From an uncultured Acidobacteriota bacterium (GTDB lineage: Bacteria > Acidobacteriota > Thermoanaerobaculia > Multivoradales > SZUA-115), in NCBI GenBank assembly GCA_963805975.1, contig CAWDVR010000003.1:480001-544000 (forward strand): a stretch of 64,000 nucleotides of DNA. Direction: 5' to 3'. Below the pieces are notes generated by a model. That model saw nothing but the letters and a program-made list of their open reading frames with translations. It made no database searches and was not told the DNA's origin. Positions within the stretch are counted from its first letter, which is position 1, and the number at the start of each line of letters is the position of its first letter. Shown here piece by piece: positions 50,291-61,676 of the stretch. Both the position numbers and the translations under genes were made by a program.

Positions 50291-50385
50291 CCCTCCCCCT
50301 AACCCTCTCCCCGCTCGCGGGGCGAGGGGACCGGAGGTGCGCTCTGGCTCCCTCTCCCGCTTGCGGGAGAGGGGTGGGGTGAGGG
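50291..50385. repeat. Inverted doublet of CCCTCTCCC-family repeats between divergent genes
   Basis: ccctccccctaaccctctccccgctcgcggggcgagggg ... ccctctcccgcttgcgggagaggggtggggtgaggg. Confidence 0.85.
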
Positions 50386-50396
50386 TGCTGGTCGCA

Positions 50397-50425
50397 TTGC
50401 TTGGCTGGAGGCGCCGCGATACCAT
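50397..50425 (+). promoter_or_regulatory. Sigma70 promoter of the acyl-CoA dehydrogenase operon
   Basis: TTGCTT-N17-TACCAT followed by SD GAGGAG. Confidence 0.6.
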
Positions 50426-50450
50426 CGCATCTCTTCTTTAGAGGAGAGCG

Positions 50451-51608
50451 ATGAGCGGCCCCGATTTCTCCTTCACCCCCGAGCAGCGTGCCATCCAGGA
50501 GCTGGCGAGGGACTTCGCCGAGCGCGAGATCGACCCCATCGTCGAGGAGCACGACGAGTCCCAGAAGTTCCCGCTCGAGGTGATGCGGAAGGCCGGGGAG
50601 CTGGGCTTTCTGGGGGTCATTTTCCCGGAGGAGCTGGGCGGTGCCGGCCTGGGCTACGTCGAGTACGTGCTGGTGGTCACCGAGCTGTCGAAGGTGGACC
50701 CGTCGGTGGGGATCAGCGTGGCGGCCCACAACTCGCTATGCTCGAACCACATCTACAAGTTCGGCGACGACGAGCAGCGCCGGCGCTGGCTCGTGCCGCT
50801 GGCGCGCGGCGAGAAGATCGGCGCCTGGGCGCTGACCGAGCCGGGCTCGGGCTCGGATGCCGCCGCGGCGCGCACCACCGCCCGGCGGGTCGAGGGCGGC
50901 TGGGTGCTCAACGGCTCGAAGGCGTTCTGCACCCACGGCTCGGTGGGCGACACCTACGTGGTGATGGCGGTCACCGACCCGGACGGCCGCAAGGGCCACA
51001 ACATCTCCGCCTTCGTCGTCGACCGGGGCACGCCGGGCCTGCGCGCCGGCAAGAAGGAGAACAAGCTCGGCATCCGCGCCTCGGACACCACGGAGGTGGT
51101 GCTCGAGGACTGCTTCGTGGCCAAGGAGAACCTGCTCGGCCGCGAGGGCGAGGGCTTCAAACAGGCGCTGCAGGTGCTCGACGGCGGCCGGATCTCGATT
51201 GCGGCCCTGGGGCTCGGCACGGCGATCGGCGCCTTCGAGACCGCCGTCCACTACGCCCGCGAGCGCGAGCAGTTCGGCCAGCCCATCGCCCAGTTCCAGG
51301 CCGTCGCTTTCATGCTCGCCGAGATGGCCACCCGCATCGCCGCCGCCGAGGTCCTCACCCTGGCCGCCGCGCACGAGATGGACAAGACCGGCCGGGTCAC
51401 GCTCATGGCCTCCGAGGCCAAGCTGATGACCGGCGAGGCGGCGGTGTTCTGCGCCGAGCGCGGGGTGCAGATCCACGGCGGCTACGGCTTCATCAAGGAC
51501 TACCGGGCCGAGAAGTACTACCGCGACTCCAAGATCTGCACCATCGGCGAGGGCACGAGCGAGATCCAGCGGCTGGTGATCGCGCGCCAGCTCCTCAAGG
51601 GCGCCTGA
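50451..51608 (+). CDS. Acyl-CoA dehydrogenase
   Basis: [40 protein letters not shown]. Confidence 0.95.
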   Translation: MSGPDFSFTPEQRAIQELARDFAEREIDPIVEEHDESQKFPLEVMRKAGELGFLGVIFPEELGGAGLGYVEYVLVVTELSKVDPSVGISVAAHNSLCSNHIYKFGDDEQRRRWLVPLARGEKIGAWALTEPGSGSDAAAARTTARRVEGGWVLNGSKAFCTHGSVGDTYVVMAVTDPDGRKGHNISAFVVDRGTPGLRAGKKENKLGIRASDTTEVVLEDCFVAKENLLGREGEGFKQALQVLDGGRISIAALGLGTAIGAFETAVHYAREREQFGQPIAQFQAVAFMLAEMATRIAAAEVLTLAAAHEMDKTGRVTLMASEAKLMTGEAAVFCAERGVQIHGGYGFIKDYRAEKYYRDSKICTIGEGTSEIQRLVIARQLLKGA

Positions 51609-52639
51609 TGCCGGGCGCCGCCGCGCCGGTCGCCAACGGGCTCGATCCTGGGACCGGGCCGGAGGAAGGGGCCGCGATCCTCGAACCCATCCTCGCCGGC
51701 CTGGCGGAGCGCCGGCCGCGGGCCGTGGGCCGCGCCATCTCGCTGGTCGAGGACGGCGGGCCGCTTCGTTCGGAGCTCATCCGCCGGATCTACGGCAACA
51801 CCGGCCGCGCCCGGGTGGTGGGCATCACCGGCCCGCCGGGGGCCGGCAAGAGCACGCTGGTCGACCGCCTGGCCCGACACTGCCGGGCGCGGGGCGAGAC
51901 CGTGGGCATCCTCGCCGTCGACCCCACTAGCCCGTTCTCCGGCGGCGCCCTCCTGGGCGACCGCATCCGCATGCAGGGCCTCTACACCGATCGCAACGTC
52001 TTCATCCGCTCGCTCGCCACCCGCGGCGCCATGGGGGGCCTCTCCCGTGCCACGCACGACGCCGTCAACCTGCTCGATGCCGCGGGTTTCGACTGGGTGC
52101 TGCTCGAGACCGTGGGCGTGGGCCAGGACGAGGTGGACGTGGTGCGCAGCGTGGACACCGTGGTGGTGGTGACCGTGCCGGGCCTGGGGGACGACATCCA
52201 GGCGATCAAGGCCGGCATCATGGAGATCGCCGACGTCTTCGTCGTCAACAAGGCCGACCGCGAGGGCGTCGAGCGCACCACGCGCGACCTGGAGGTGATG
52301 CTCTCGCTCTCCGACACCCGCGGCTGGCGGCCGCCGATCGTCAGGACCGTGGCCTCCCGCAGCGAGGGCATCGAGCAGGTGGTGACCGAGATCGAGCGCC
52401 ACCGGGCCTGGCTCGCCGAGAGCGGCGAGCTCGAGGCGCGGCGGCGGGCCCACCTGCGCCTGCGGGTGGAGGCGATCCTCAAGGAGCGGGTGCTGGCCGC
52501 GGCCGAGGAGGGCGAGCGGCTGGACCGCGAGGTGGCCCATTCCTTCGCGGCGGGGATCGACCCCTACCGCACGGCGGAGCGGCTGTTTGCCGAGGTGGTC
52601 GCCGAAGAGCGCGGCGCGGGCGAAGAGGAGGGCGCATGA
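51608..52639 (+). CDS. meaB: Methylmalonyl-CoA mutase-associated GTPase MeaB
   Basis: GPPGAGKS, VDPTSPFSGGALLGDRIRM, ETVGVGQ, NKAD. Confidence 0.95.
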   Translation: MPGAAAPVANGLDPGTGPEEGAAILEPILAGLAERRPRAVGRAISLVEDGGPLRSELIRRIYGNTGRARVVGITGPPGAGKSTLVDRLARHCRARGETVGILAVDPTSPFSGGALLGDRIRMQGLYTDRNVFIRSLATRGAMGGLSRATHDAVNLLDAAGFDWVLLETVGVGQDEVDVVRSVDTVVVVTVPGLGDDIQAIKAGIMEIADVFVVNKADREGVERTTRDLEVMLSLSDTRGWRPPIVRTVASRSEGIEQVVTEIERHRAWLAESGELEARRRAHLRLRVEAILKERVLAAAEEGERLDREVAHSFAAGIDPYRTAERLFAEVVAEERGAGEEEGA

Positions 52640-53073
52640 TCCGAGGCATCGACCACATCGGCATCGCCGTCGCCTCGATCGCAGAGGCGCGGCGCTTCTA
52701 CGAGCTCCTGGGGCTCAGCGTCGAAGCCATCGAGGAGGTGCCGCACGAAGGAGTGCGCGTCGCCATGATCCCGGTCGGCGGCCTGCGCATCGAGCTCCTG
52801 GAGCCGCTCTCGGCCGACTCGACCGTCGGCCGCTTCCTCGCCAAGCGCGGGCCGGGCATCCATCACGTGTGCATGGCAACGGACGACGTGGCCACCGCCT
52901 CCGCGGAGCTACGGGCGGCGGGCCTGCCGCTCCTGCGCGAGGAGCCAACCGCGGGCGCCGGCGGCAGCAAAGTGCAGTTCGTCCACCCCAAAAGCGCCGG
53001 CGGGGTGCTGTACGAGCTGGCGGAGAGGGGGGCTCGAGTGCCTGGCGCGCCGGTGGGTCACAAAGGCAAATAG
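52636..53073 (+). CDS. mce: Methylmalonyl-CoA epimerase
   Basis: IDHIGIAV, IELLEP, GPGIHH, FVHPKSAGGVLYEL. Confidence 0.92.
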   Translation: MIRGIDHIGIAVASIAEARRFYELLGLSVEAIEEVPHEGVRVAMIPVGGLRIELLEPLSADSTVGRFLAKRGPGIHHVCMATDDVATASAELRAAGLPLLREEPTAGAGGSKVQFVHPKSAGGVLYELAERGARVPGAPVGHKGK

Positions 53074-53408
53074 AGGACTTGGCCCTCCATGTCGGCCTCG
53101 TCGTGGTACTCAACTACGAACACCAGCTCTTCCACCGCCTGACCTATCGCGAAGGGGTGGACGATCTCGATCACCCCAGGCATGGGAAGGCCAGCCTCGA
53201 CGCGCTCGAATGCGAATCGCGTCATCGTTGCCACGTCATGAGTCACTACGACTCGATGCTCGATCGCGGCCCAGGCCAGGATCTCGGGATCGGGCAGTCC
53301 GGGTCGGAGGACCCTCTGCACCCTGACGATGTCGGCTGCAGGAAGTCTCCTCAGCAAGCCGCGAACGATGTTGCCGTCGAGGTTCTCGTCAGCCAGGAGG
53401 CGCAGCAT
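53058..53408 (-). CDS. DUF5615 (PIN-like) toxin
   Basis: LLADENL...PDPEILAWAA...VVVTHD...MPGV. Confidence 0.85.
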   Translation of the reverse strand: MLRLLADENLDGNIVRGLLRRLPAADIVRVQRVLRPGLPDPEILAWAAIEHRVVVTHDVATMTRFAFERVEAGLPMPGVIEIVHPFAIGQAVEELVFVVEYHDEADMEGQVLYLPL

Positions 53409-53415
53409 GGAAGGC

Positions 53416-53610
53416 TCAAGCCGACTTGCGCGCGAGCAGGCGCCGGCGGAGCTCCGTGAACGGAGATCGTTGCTCCGCTAGGGCACGAGCCGCCTCAGAC
53501 TCACGCCGCTGGCTCCTGAGATACGCGTCAACGTCGTCTCGATGGGCCATATAGAAGCTCAGCGCCGCGTACACCGAGGGCCACGCCGGGCTGCTCGATC
53601 CCGCCGGCAC
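53416..53610 (-). pseudogene. 5'-truncated DUF433 antitoxin remnant
   Basis: Only the C-terminal part VYAALSFYMAHRDDVDAYL is present; the N-terminal core is missing. Confidence 0.65.
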
Positions 53611-53673
53611 AGAGCCTCCCCGCCAAGCTCCCCTGAAGGGTCAACGGCGCGGACGACGGGCGCTCGCGCCGCG

Positions 53674-54474
53674 CTAGAACTGCACGTTCGTGAGGAAGAA
53701 CACGACCGGATCAACCTTCTTGGCCACGATCGCCGCCGCCTGCTCCGGGGTGAGCAGGAACTGGCCGCCGCGCTCCTTGGCGGGCGTCACCATCAACAGC
53801 TCGAACGAGGCCACACGGCCGGGCAAGGCCGCCTGAGCCTTGAGCAGCACGTCCGCACCGATCTCGAGCGCGCGCAGCACCTCGGGCTCGTTCGCCGTCG
53901 GCAGCTCCACCAACGCGCGCGCTCCGGCCGTGCCCTGGTAGATGCCGGTGCCGGTGAGGCCGGCGCCGGAGAACAGGGCCTCGAGCTGGGTGACGAGCTC
54001 GCGGTCGGGGTGGAGCTGGCGATCGAAGCGCATGAGGTCCGGCCACGGGCTGCTGGCGCTGGCAGCCACGGCCTGAGGGTCGGCGGGTGCGCGCCGGGCG
54101 GTGGGCAACTGCCGGGTCGCCACCTCGCCTTGGGAGATCAGGTCCGCGAGGCGCTTCTGCCTGGGCACCTCGGTTCGCTCGCCGGCCTTCAACGGGCGGG
54201 CCTGGCCGCCCTCGATCACCAGCGCGGTGCCGTAGTCGGACTGGTTGACCTGATCGGTCTTGACGACATCGATCGCGTTCAGCGGGTACGAGGTTTCGGT
54301 GCCATTGGGCAGTGTCAGGATCGCCTGGCTGCCGCGGACGCGGTACTTCTCCTTGGTGATGATCTTGCTGCCGTCCTTCAGGTACACCGTGTAGGCGGCG
54401 AGGGGCGCCGCGAAGAGCAGGGCGCTCAGAAGGAACAGCAAGGTCGTGTGCCGGCGGCGGTTCTTGCGGGGCAT
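53674..54474 (-). CDS. Hypothetical exported protein
   Basis: SD GAGGAG; signal peptide ending APLAA; YTVYLKDGS beta-rich N-terminus. Confidence 0.75.
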   Translation of the reverse strand: MPRKNRRRHTTLLFLLSALLFAAPLAAYTVYLKDGSKIITKEKYRVRGSQAILTLPNGTETSYPLNAIDVVKTDQVNQSDYGTALVIEGGQARPLKAGERTEVPRQKRLADLISQGEVATRQLPTARRAPADPQAVAASASSPWPDLMRFDRQLHPDRELVTQLEALFSGAGLTGTGIYQGTAGARALVELPTANEPEVLRALEIGADVLLKAQAALPGRVASFELLMVTPAKERGGQFLLTPEQAAAIVAKKVDPVVFFLTNVQF

Positions 54475-54577
54475 CCGTCTCTCCTCGGTGACCGAAAGGG
54501 CTCTGCTATCATAGCTCGGCCATCACAGATAGGCCGCCCGGCAGCGAGGCCTCGAGCGGCGGCCCCATCCCCCAGAC

Positions 54578-55664
<1,087 letters not shown>

Positions 55665-55675
<11 letters not shown>

Positions 55676-56916
55676 GCGCTTCCGAACGCCCCTTCCCGTC
55701 ACGCTGGCGTGGCGCTTTCTCGCCGGCCACAAGAGCCGGCTGCTGGACGGCACGGCGCGGGCCGCGCTCCTGGCGACCGGCCTCGGGGTCACCGCCATGG
55801 TGATCGCCATGGCGCTGATGACCGGCTACAGCGAGGACCTGCAAGCCAAGCTGATCGGCGACAACGCCGCCGTCGGCGCCTATCCGCTGCGTAACGCGCC
55901 GCCGCTCGCACCGGAGAAGCTGGCGGCGCTCGCCGCCGTCCCCGGTGTGGAGAAAGTGAACCGCGTGGCCTACGGCCAGGGGCTGCTGGCGGCGGGGGAG
56001 GGCGAGGCCCTGGAGGTCACCCTGCGCGGCGTCGATCCCGGCGCCTTCCCGCAGGCGCGGCCGGAGCAGCTCGCCCTGCAGGCGGCCGGGGACGCCGGCA
56101 GCGGGTGGGGTGGAGACCAGGGTCCCCGGTGCGGTGCTGGGCGTCGAGCTGGCCAAGAAGCTCAGCGTCGGCCCCGGTGCCGTGCTGCGGCTGACGGCGC
56201 TCGGCTTCGGCGGCGGCCGGCCGCGCTTCCGCTACCAGAGCCTGGCGGTCACCGGTACCTTCTCCGCCGGCCTCTCGGAGTTCGACAGCTCCTGGGTGCT
56301 GCTCGACCGCGCCGTGGTCGAGCGCCTGGTGGGCGAGGAGCCGGGCACGCAGCTCTACGAGCTGGCCCTAGCCGACCCGGCCCTGGCGACAGCCGTCGCG
56401 TCGCAGGCCGAGGCGGTGCTGGGACCCGAGTACGTGGTCACCGACTGGCGGCAGCTCAACCGCGAGCTTTTCCAGGCGCTCGCCCTGCAGAAGCTGGTGC
56501 TGTTCTTCGGCATGGGGCTGATCGTCTTCGTCTCGGTGTTCCACGTCGCCTCGACCCTGGTGATCCTGGTGCGCGAGCGCCTGCGGGACGTCGGCGCCCT
56601 GGGGGCCATGGGGCTGGCGCCGGGCAAGCTCGCGTCGGTGTTCGTGCTCTGCGGCGCCTTCCTGGGCGGCACCGGCACCCTCCTGGGCGTCGCCCTGGGA
56701 TGCTCGGTGGCCTGGGTGCTCACCACCTTCAAGGTGATCCGCTTCAACGCCGAGGTGGCGGCCATCTACTTCATCGACTACGTGCCCTTCCGCGTCCGCC
56801 CCCGCGACCTGGGCGCCATCATCGCCTTCTCGCTCGCCCTCACTCTCCTCGCCTGCGTCCTACCCGCTCTCCGCGCCGCGCGCGTACAGCCCGCGGCGGC
56901 GTTGCGGTACGAGTGA
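55665..56916 (+). CDS. Lipoprotein-releasing ABC permease LolC/E, one frameshift near 56105 (likely sequence error)
   Basis: LAWRFL, GLGVTAMVIAMALMTG, DWRQLNRELFQAL, IYFIDYVP, PAAALRYE in two frames. Confidence 0.8.
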
Positions 56917-56989
56917 GGTCTCGGGGTTCGGTGTCTTGGTACCAGGTGCCGCGGAACCGAAACACCGACGCTCAGCATCTCAGTGCTCG

Positions 56990-57190
56990 CTACTCTCCGA
57001 CCACCCGGCGGGGGCGAGTGCCAGAACCGGCGCCGCCAGCATCATCCACACCCAGTCTTTCCAGCAGTGCTCGGGCCCTCTCGTCGTAGAAGGCGATTCT
57101 CTCTTCCGGTGTCTTACCGGCCAGGATCGCGTGATGAAGGTCGCGGATGCGCCGCGTCATCTCCAAGGTTCGGAAGGGCTCGTTCGGCAT
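56990..57190 (-). CDS. Small protein, putative antitoxin downstream of the PIN gene
   Basis: FRTLEMTRRIRD...GKTPEERIAFY; starts 3 nt after the PIN stop. Confidence 0.6.
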   Translation of the reverse strand: MPNEPFRTLEMTRRIRDLHHAILAGKTPEERIAFYDERARALLERLGVDDAGGAGSGTRPRRVVGE

Positions 57191-57193
57191 GGT

Positions 57194-57661
57194 TCAGTCC
57201 TTTTCGAGAGTGGTCACCTCACGGGGAGTATGGATCTCGAGTGTCTTGTAGCCGTTCTCGAGGTTGACCGCGTTGAAGCGTCTGATCTTGTCGAATCGAA
57301 CAATGTGGCGGAAGTTCCAGCTCACTACCAGATCTGCGCTCACGATCGTGGCCAAGGCGATGTGCAATCCGTCGTCATAGTAGCGCGGAGTCAGAATGCC
57401 ATGATCTTGATACCGGCTCGCAAGCTCCAGCGCCTCGTCTTCAACCCGGATCAGCTCATGGTTGAATCCGAGAATTTCGGCAAGCTTCTTCTGTACAGGC
57501 TCTGGCGCACCCTCGATCTCTGAAGCCGTCAGTCGCGAGACGATGGGAATGAAACGGCCTGCCGAGAAGTCTGCCATCAGTCCATTGGACCAATGGGCGA
57601 ACTCTGGATCGAAGCAGCCACCAATCACCGAAGTGTCGACGTAGATGCGGGGTCGTCGCAA
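57194..57661 (-). CDS. PIN-domain protein
   Basis: IYVDTSVIGGCFDPEF, DGLHIALAT, VSWNFRHIV, I.TPREV. Confidence 0.9.
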   Translation of the reverse strand: MRRPRIYVDTSVIGGCFDPEFAHWSNGLMADFSAGRFIPIVSRLTASEIEGAPEPVQKKLAEILGFNHELIRVEDEALELASRYQDHGILTPRYYDDGLHIALATIVSADLVVSWNFRHIVRFDKIRRFNAVNLENGYKTLEIHTPREVTTLEKD

Positions 57662-57761
57662 GTCTCGAGGTCCAATAGGCGAGTTCAGACGGTTTGGTTC
57701 GAGCGAGCATACGCCTGCTGGCTCTACCTCTCACGCTCGAAGGTCGAGGTTCCCCAGCTCT

Positions 57762-58373
57762 TCACCTCACCGCCTCCCTCGCGTAGTCCGCCAGCGCGGC
57801 CTCGATCACGCGGTAGGCGTGTTCGCGGCCGTAGCGGCTTTCGATGGCGACCTGGTTCTCGCCGCCGGGGCGCAGCTTGTAGGTCGAGAAGTAGTGCATC
57901 AGGCGGTCGAGGAGGGGCTTGGGCAGACCGTCGAGCTCTTCGAGCCCGGCCCATACCGGGTCGTTGTCGAGCACCGCGATGATCTTGTCGTCCGCCTCGC
58001 CCTGGTCGACCATCAGCAGGCCGCCGATCACCCGCGCCGAGAGCACGATCTCCGCCCGCGTGATGGGCCGCTCGGAGAGTACGCAGATGTCGAGCGGGTC
58101 GCCATCGCCGCGCTCGGCGGTGGGCGAGAGAGCGGCGACGCTTTCGCCGCAGTAGGTTCTGGGGATGAAGCCGTAGAGGGTGGGTGGCAGCGACGAGGTC
58201 TGCTGCGGCCGGTCGACCTTCAAGTACCCGGTGACCTTGTCGACCTCGTACTTGATGAGGTCGAAGGGCGTGATCTCGACATAGGCGCGCACGATGCGCG
58301 GCGCCTCCACGCCGGGATCGAGCCCGTGCCACGGGTGCGGCCGGAAGGTGTGGAACGGGCGGGGGAAGGTCAC
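57762..58373 (-). CDS. ppa: Inorganic pyrophosphatase (family I)
   Basis: [37 protein letters not shown]. Confidence 0.95.
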   Translation of the reverse strand: MTFPRPFHTFRPHPWHGLDPGVEAPRIVRAYVEITPFDLIKYEVDKVTGYLKVDRPQQTSSLPPTLYGFIPRTYCGESVAALSPTAERGDGDPLDICVLSERPITRAEIVLSARVIGGLLMVDQGEADDKIIAVLDNDPVWAGLEELDGLPKPLLDRLMHYFSTYKLRPGGENQVAIESRYGREHAYRVIEAALADYAREAVR

Positions 58374-59986
58374 GAGATCCTCCCCGCTCTCCGGAGCCGC
58401 AGAAGATGCGCCTCGATCTGCCGCTCGGCCAGGGGATGGGCCATGGATGGCAGGTCTTCTTCGTAGACCAGCGGGCGAAGCGCGGCGGCGGTGCGGGTGC
58501 CGCGGTTCCATTCCGCGAGGATGCGTTCCTCGCGCCACAGGCGGTGGTCGAGGAACTCCTGGAGCTTGGCCACGGCGTCCATCACCGGCGGGCCGTGCGA
58601 CGGGAAGAGCGTGCGGGGCGCGAGCGCGATGAGCTTGGCGAGCGAGGCGAGGTAGTCGTCCATGTCGCCCTCGGGCGGGTCGACGACGATGGTCGAGAGC
58701 GTCGAGACCATGTCGCCGGCGAGGAGCGATCCGCCGTCGACGTCGAGGAACGAGAGGTGGCCGCGGGCGTGGCCCGGGGTGTGGACGACCCGCAGCGGGA
58801 ACGGCGGGTCTCCTCCCAGCACCACGACCTGCCCGTCTTCGAGGAAGCGATCGACCGGCACCGCACCCGCCAGCCGCTCGGCGGTGGCGCCGTGGGCGCA
58901 GACCGGCACCCGCAGCCGCTCGCGCAGCGCGGCGGCGCCGCCCACGTGGTCCGGGTGGTGGTGGGTGAGCCAGATCGCGCTCACTCGCCCGCCGCTCTCC
59001 TCGAGCGCGCGCGCCACGGCCTCCAGGCGGTCGATCACCGCCGGCTGGGCGGAGCCGGGGTCCACGAGCACCCTCTCCGCCCGGCCGAGCAGGTAGGCGT
59101 TGGTGTAGAGGGCCGGGGGCAGGGTCGCGGTCGCGACCGGCAGCATCAGCACGCCGGGCCGGAACTCCACCCTGCGATAGGGGCCGAGGTTCGCCTCCAC
59201 CGGCTCGCGCAGGCGGGCGAGGCCGGCCTCGGGCCCGTCGCTTCCGAGCACGCGCAGGATGTGGAGGATGGGTGGCGCGGCCAGCACCTCGCCCCGCTCC
59301 CAGCGCTCCACGCCCTCGGCCGGCGCCACCCACTCGCCGCTCTCGGCCTCCCCGGGCACCACCAGCGGCTGCACCGGGAGCTCCGCCGGCCACTCGAGCA
59401 GGAAAAAGCGGTTGTCGAAGCGCAGCGGCCCCAGGGGCGGCGTCAGCCAGCGGCCGGCGAAGACCAGGCGGCCGGCATCCAGGGTGAGGCCGTGCTCCGC
59501 CGCCAGCTCGGCGAGCGGCCGGCGGCCCTCGACGAGCCCTCGGCGCGCCGCTCCCAGGCGGGCCTCCACGTCCGCCGCGTCGCCATGGCCCGCGAAGAGC
59601 TCCGGCAGCGGCAGGATGCCCGTCTCTTCGAGCAGCTCGCGGAGCGCGCAGGCCACGATGCCGGGCGCGAGATGCGGTGGCGTCTCACCGAGGCCCTCGG
59701 CCAGGGTCTCCGGCATGGCGGCGGCGGTCACCGCTGCATCGGCTCCCTGCGGCCGGCCGGCGACCGCCGTCTGGGCGTCCTCGCGGGCCAGCCCGCCGCC
59801 GGGGAAGGCGTGCCAGCCGCCCATGAAGGCGAGGGCCGGCGAGCGGCGGATCCAGAAGGCCTCGAGGCCGCGCTCGCCGTGACGCCAGAGGACCACCGCG
59901 GCCGAGGCCCGAGGCGGCTTGGGCGGGGGCAGGGAAGCGCCACCCATGGCGGCGAGCACTTTCTCGTACAGGCTTGGACTGGACAA
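58370..59986 (-). CDS. NUDIX hydrolase fused to a metallo-beta-lactamase-fold (LACTB2-like) domain
   Basis: FPGG...[14 protein letters not shown]...RFDNRFF; [22 protein letters not shown]. Confidence 0.88.
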   Translation of the reverse strand: MSSPSLYEKVLAAMGGASLPPPKPPRASAAVVLWRHGERGLEAFWIRRSPALAFMGGWHAFPGGGLAREDAQTAVAGRPQGADAAVTAAAMPETLAEGLGETPPHLAPGIVACALRELLEETGILPLPELFAGHGDAADVEARLGAARRGLVEGRRPLAELAAEHGLTLDAGRLVFAGRWLTPPLGPLRFDNRFFLLEWPAELPVQPLVVPGEAESGEWVAPAEGVERWERGEVLAAPPILHILRVLGSDGPEAGLARLREPVEANLGPYRRVEFRPGVLMLPVATATLPPALYTNAYLLGRAERVLVDPGSAQPAVIDRLEAVARALEESGGRVSAIWLTHHHPDHVGGAAALRERLRVPVCAHGATAERLAGAVPVDRFLEDGQVVVLGGDPPFPLRVVHTPGHARGHLSFLDVDGGSLLAGDMVSTLSTIVVDPPEGDMDDYLASLAKLIALAPRTLFPSHGPPVMDAVAKLQEFLDHRLWREERILAEWNRGTRTAAALRPLVYEEDLPSMAHPLAERQIEAHLLRLRRAGRIS

Positions 59987-60058
59987 CGGCCGCGACCTCC
60001 GCCCCGGATGATACCCGGCCGCCGGGAACCGCAGGCAGCGCGATCCAGCCGGATCCGC

Positions 60059-60091
60059 AAGAGGGGGCCTCCGACCCCGAGGGGCCGGAGG
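60059..60091 (-). terminator. Possible intrinsic terminator in the intergenic region
   Basis: CCTCCGGCCCC-TC-GGGGTCGGAGG followed by CCCCCTCTT (weak U tract). Confidence 0.4.
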
Positions 60092-60239
60092 GCGGTGAAG
60101 GGTTTGGAGCGGGGCGGTGGAACCGCCGTTGAGGCCACCTGCCCGGCCGCGGACGCGACCGACGGGGTCTCGGGAGGACGTGAGAGCCGCAGCGCGGCCT
60201 CACGATCATAGTTACATACGCATGGGTGCCGCGAGCCGT

Positions 60240-61676
60240 CTACAACGTGACGCGGCGGTGACGAAATCTCGTCTCGAGGAGGCCGGCGGTCGAGCGCAGC
60301 ATCTCGACGGCGAGGGCCAGGAACGCACCGGGCAGGAACAGGGCCGAGAGGAAGGTGTAGCGGTCCAGGGGAACCTCGACCAGCATCACCAGGGCCTGAG
60401 AGGCGAGGAAGAAGGCGACCGCCACCACCAGGAGCTGCGCGGCGGGAGAGACACGCCGCGAGGGCGCTGAGCTCCCGGAGCGCTCTTCGGGCCCTCGACC
60501 GAACCAGATCGACCCCAGCCGGCCGAGGCCCCAGAGAAAAAAGCTCACCAGCAGGGCGATGGCCGATCCGCGCACGAGCCTGTCTCTCGCCAGCAGGTCG
60601 TAGGTGTAGCGCCCGCCGTCCGCCAACCAGCGCCGGTAGAGATCCGGCCGGGTGCGGATCATCGCCACCGAGAAGCGGGTGTAGAAGCGGTTGGCCTTCA
60701 CCCAGGGCGTCGGGACTCCCGGCGGCGCAACGCTCCTGGCGTCGCGCAACGCGCGGGGGGCCACGATGTGGGCGTTGGTGTTGTACTCCGAGCACCAGCG
60801 CGCATGACTGTAGCCCTGCTCGAGGGGCGGCAGGTTCTTGCGATGCCGCCACTTGAGCAGCATCCTGGCGAACGGGCGGTACTCCGCCGGCAGACCCGGG
60901 ATCGCCTGCGGGGTGACCATCGACGCGGTGATGCCGATCAGGTTGGCGCCGCCGAAGGAGACCAGGCCGAAGTGGCCCACCACCGCCCAGCGCAGGCCGC
61001 ACCAGAGGAGGAACGGGACGAGCGAGAGCAGGCAGAGCCCGGTGAACGGCCGGCGCAGAGCGGCGCGCCAGGCGACCCCGCGGTCGCGCAGCAGGGTGAG
61101 CGCCAAGCCCAGAAGCGGCACCAGCACGATCAGGAAGAGGCAGGCAGGCCGCACCTGGTAGGTGTAGAAGAGGGCGAGGCCGAGCCCCGCCCAGGCAGTT
61201 TTCGAGGCCGGCCGCGCCACCACTACGAGCAGCAGCGCCAGGGTCGCCACGGCAGCCCCGGCGGCGAGCATGTCGCTCATGATCCTCGTCGCCTGCATCG
61301 GGATCATGCGGGCGAAGAGCAGCGGCACCGCCGCCGCCAGGGCCGTGAGGCGCGAGCCGGAGAAGGCCTGGACCGCGGCGCCGAAGCCCGCCGCCGCCGC
61401 GAGGAAGGCGCCGAGCTGTGCGTGGGCGACGAGCGCGTGATCGCCGGTGAGCCGCCGCACCACCTCCAGGAAGAGGGGATAGCCGGGGGTCCTCTTGAGC
61501 TCGAGGATCGTGGACAGCGCGTGACGCTCGAACTTCCAGCGGTAGCCTTGGGTGTCCGGCGCCACCACGGACTCGAAACCCGGCGCGCCGACCCGCGCTA
61601 CGAAGATGGCGATCGCCATCACCGCAATCCAGAACCAAGCGGACCGCCAGACGCGCCAGGAGTGCGGCGGGGTCAT
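60240..61676 (-). CDS. Polytopic membrane protein, GT-C (ArnT/PMT-like) glycosyltransferase candidate, paralog 1
   Basis: DTQGY, RTPGYPLFL, YQVRPA, GHFGLVSFGG.NLIGI.ASM, VE.P.DRY. Confidence 0.75.
   Translation of the reverse strand: MTPPHSWRVWRSAWFWIAVMAIAIFVARVGAPGFESVVAPDTQGYRWKFERHALSTILELKRTPGYPLFLEVVRRLTGDHALVAHAQLGAFLAAAAGFGAAVQAFSGSRLTALAAAVPLLFARMIPMQATRIMSDMLAAGAAVATLALLLVVVARPASKTAWAGLGLALFYTYQVRPACLFLIVLVPLLGLALTLLRDRGVAWRAALRRPFTGLCLLSLVPFLLWCGLRWAVVGHFGLVSFGGANLIGITASMVTPQAIPGLPAEYRPFARMLLKWRHRKNLPPLEQGYSHARWCSEYNTNAHIVAPRALRDARSVAPPGVPTPWVKANRFYTRFSVAMIRTRPDLYRRWLADGGRYTYDLLARDRLVRGSAIALLVSFFLWGLGRLGSIWFGRGPEERSGSSAPSRRVSPAAQLLVVAVAFFLASQALVMLVEVPLDRYTFLSALFLPGAFLALAVEMLRSTAGLLETRFRHRRVTL

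Noticed and set aside
56095-56115. Programmed frameshift in lolC/E
   Set aside because: No canonical slippery heptamer or stimulatory structure; a sequencing indel in a G-rich run is more likely
60105-60127. tRNA/tmRNA 3'-end remnant (minus) or T-box motif GGTGGAACCGC (plus)
   Set aside because: The T-loop is only 5 nt with no acceptor stem partner or integrase; the T-box orientation has no downstream gene or Stem I
60130-60205. HDV-like ribozyme (P1 GGCCGCG / CGCGGCC followed by GG)
   Set aside because: L3 would be 12 nt, and no convincing J4/2 catalytic C or P2 closure was found
59685-60209. Arg/Pro-rich ORF MIVRPRCGSH... as a real protein
   Set aside because: It overlaps the NUDIX gene out of frame, has atypical codon usage and runs through a terminator-like stem
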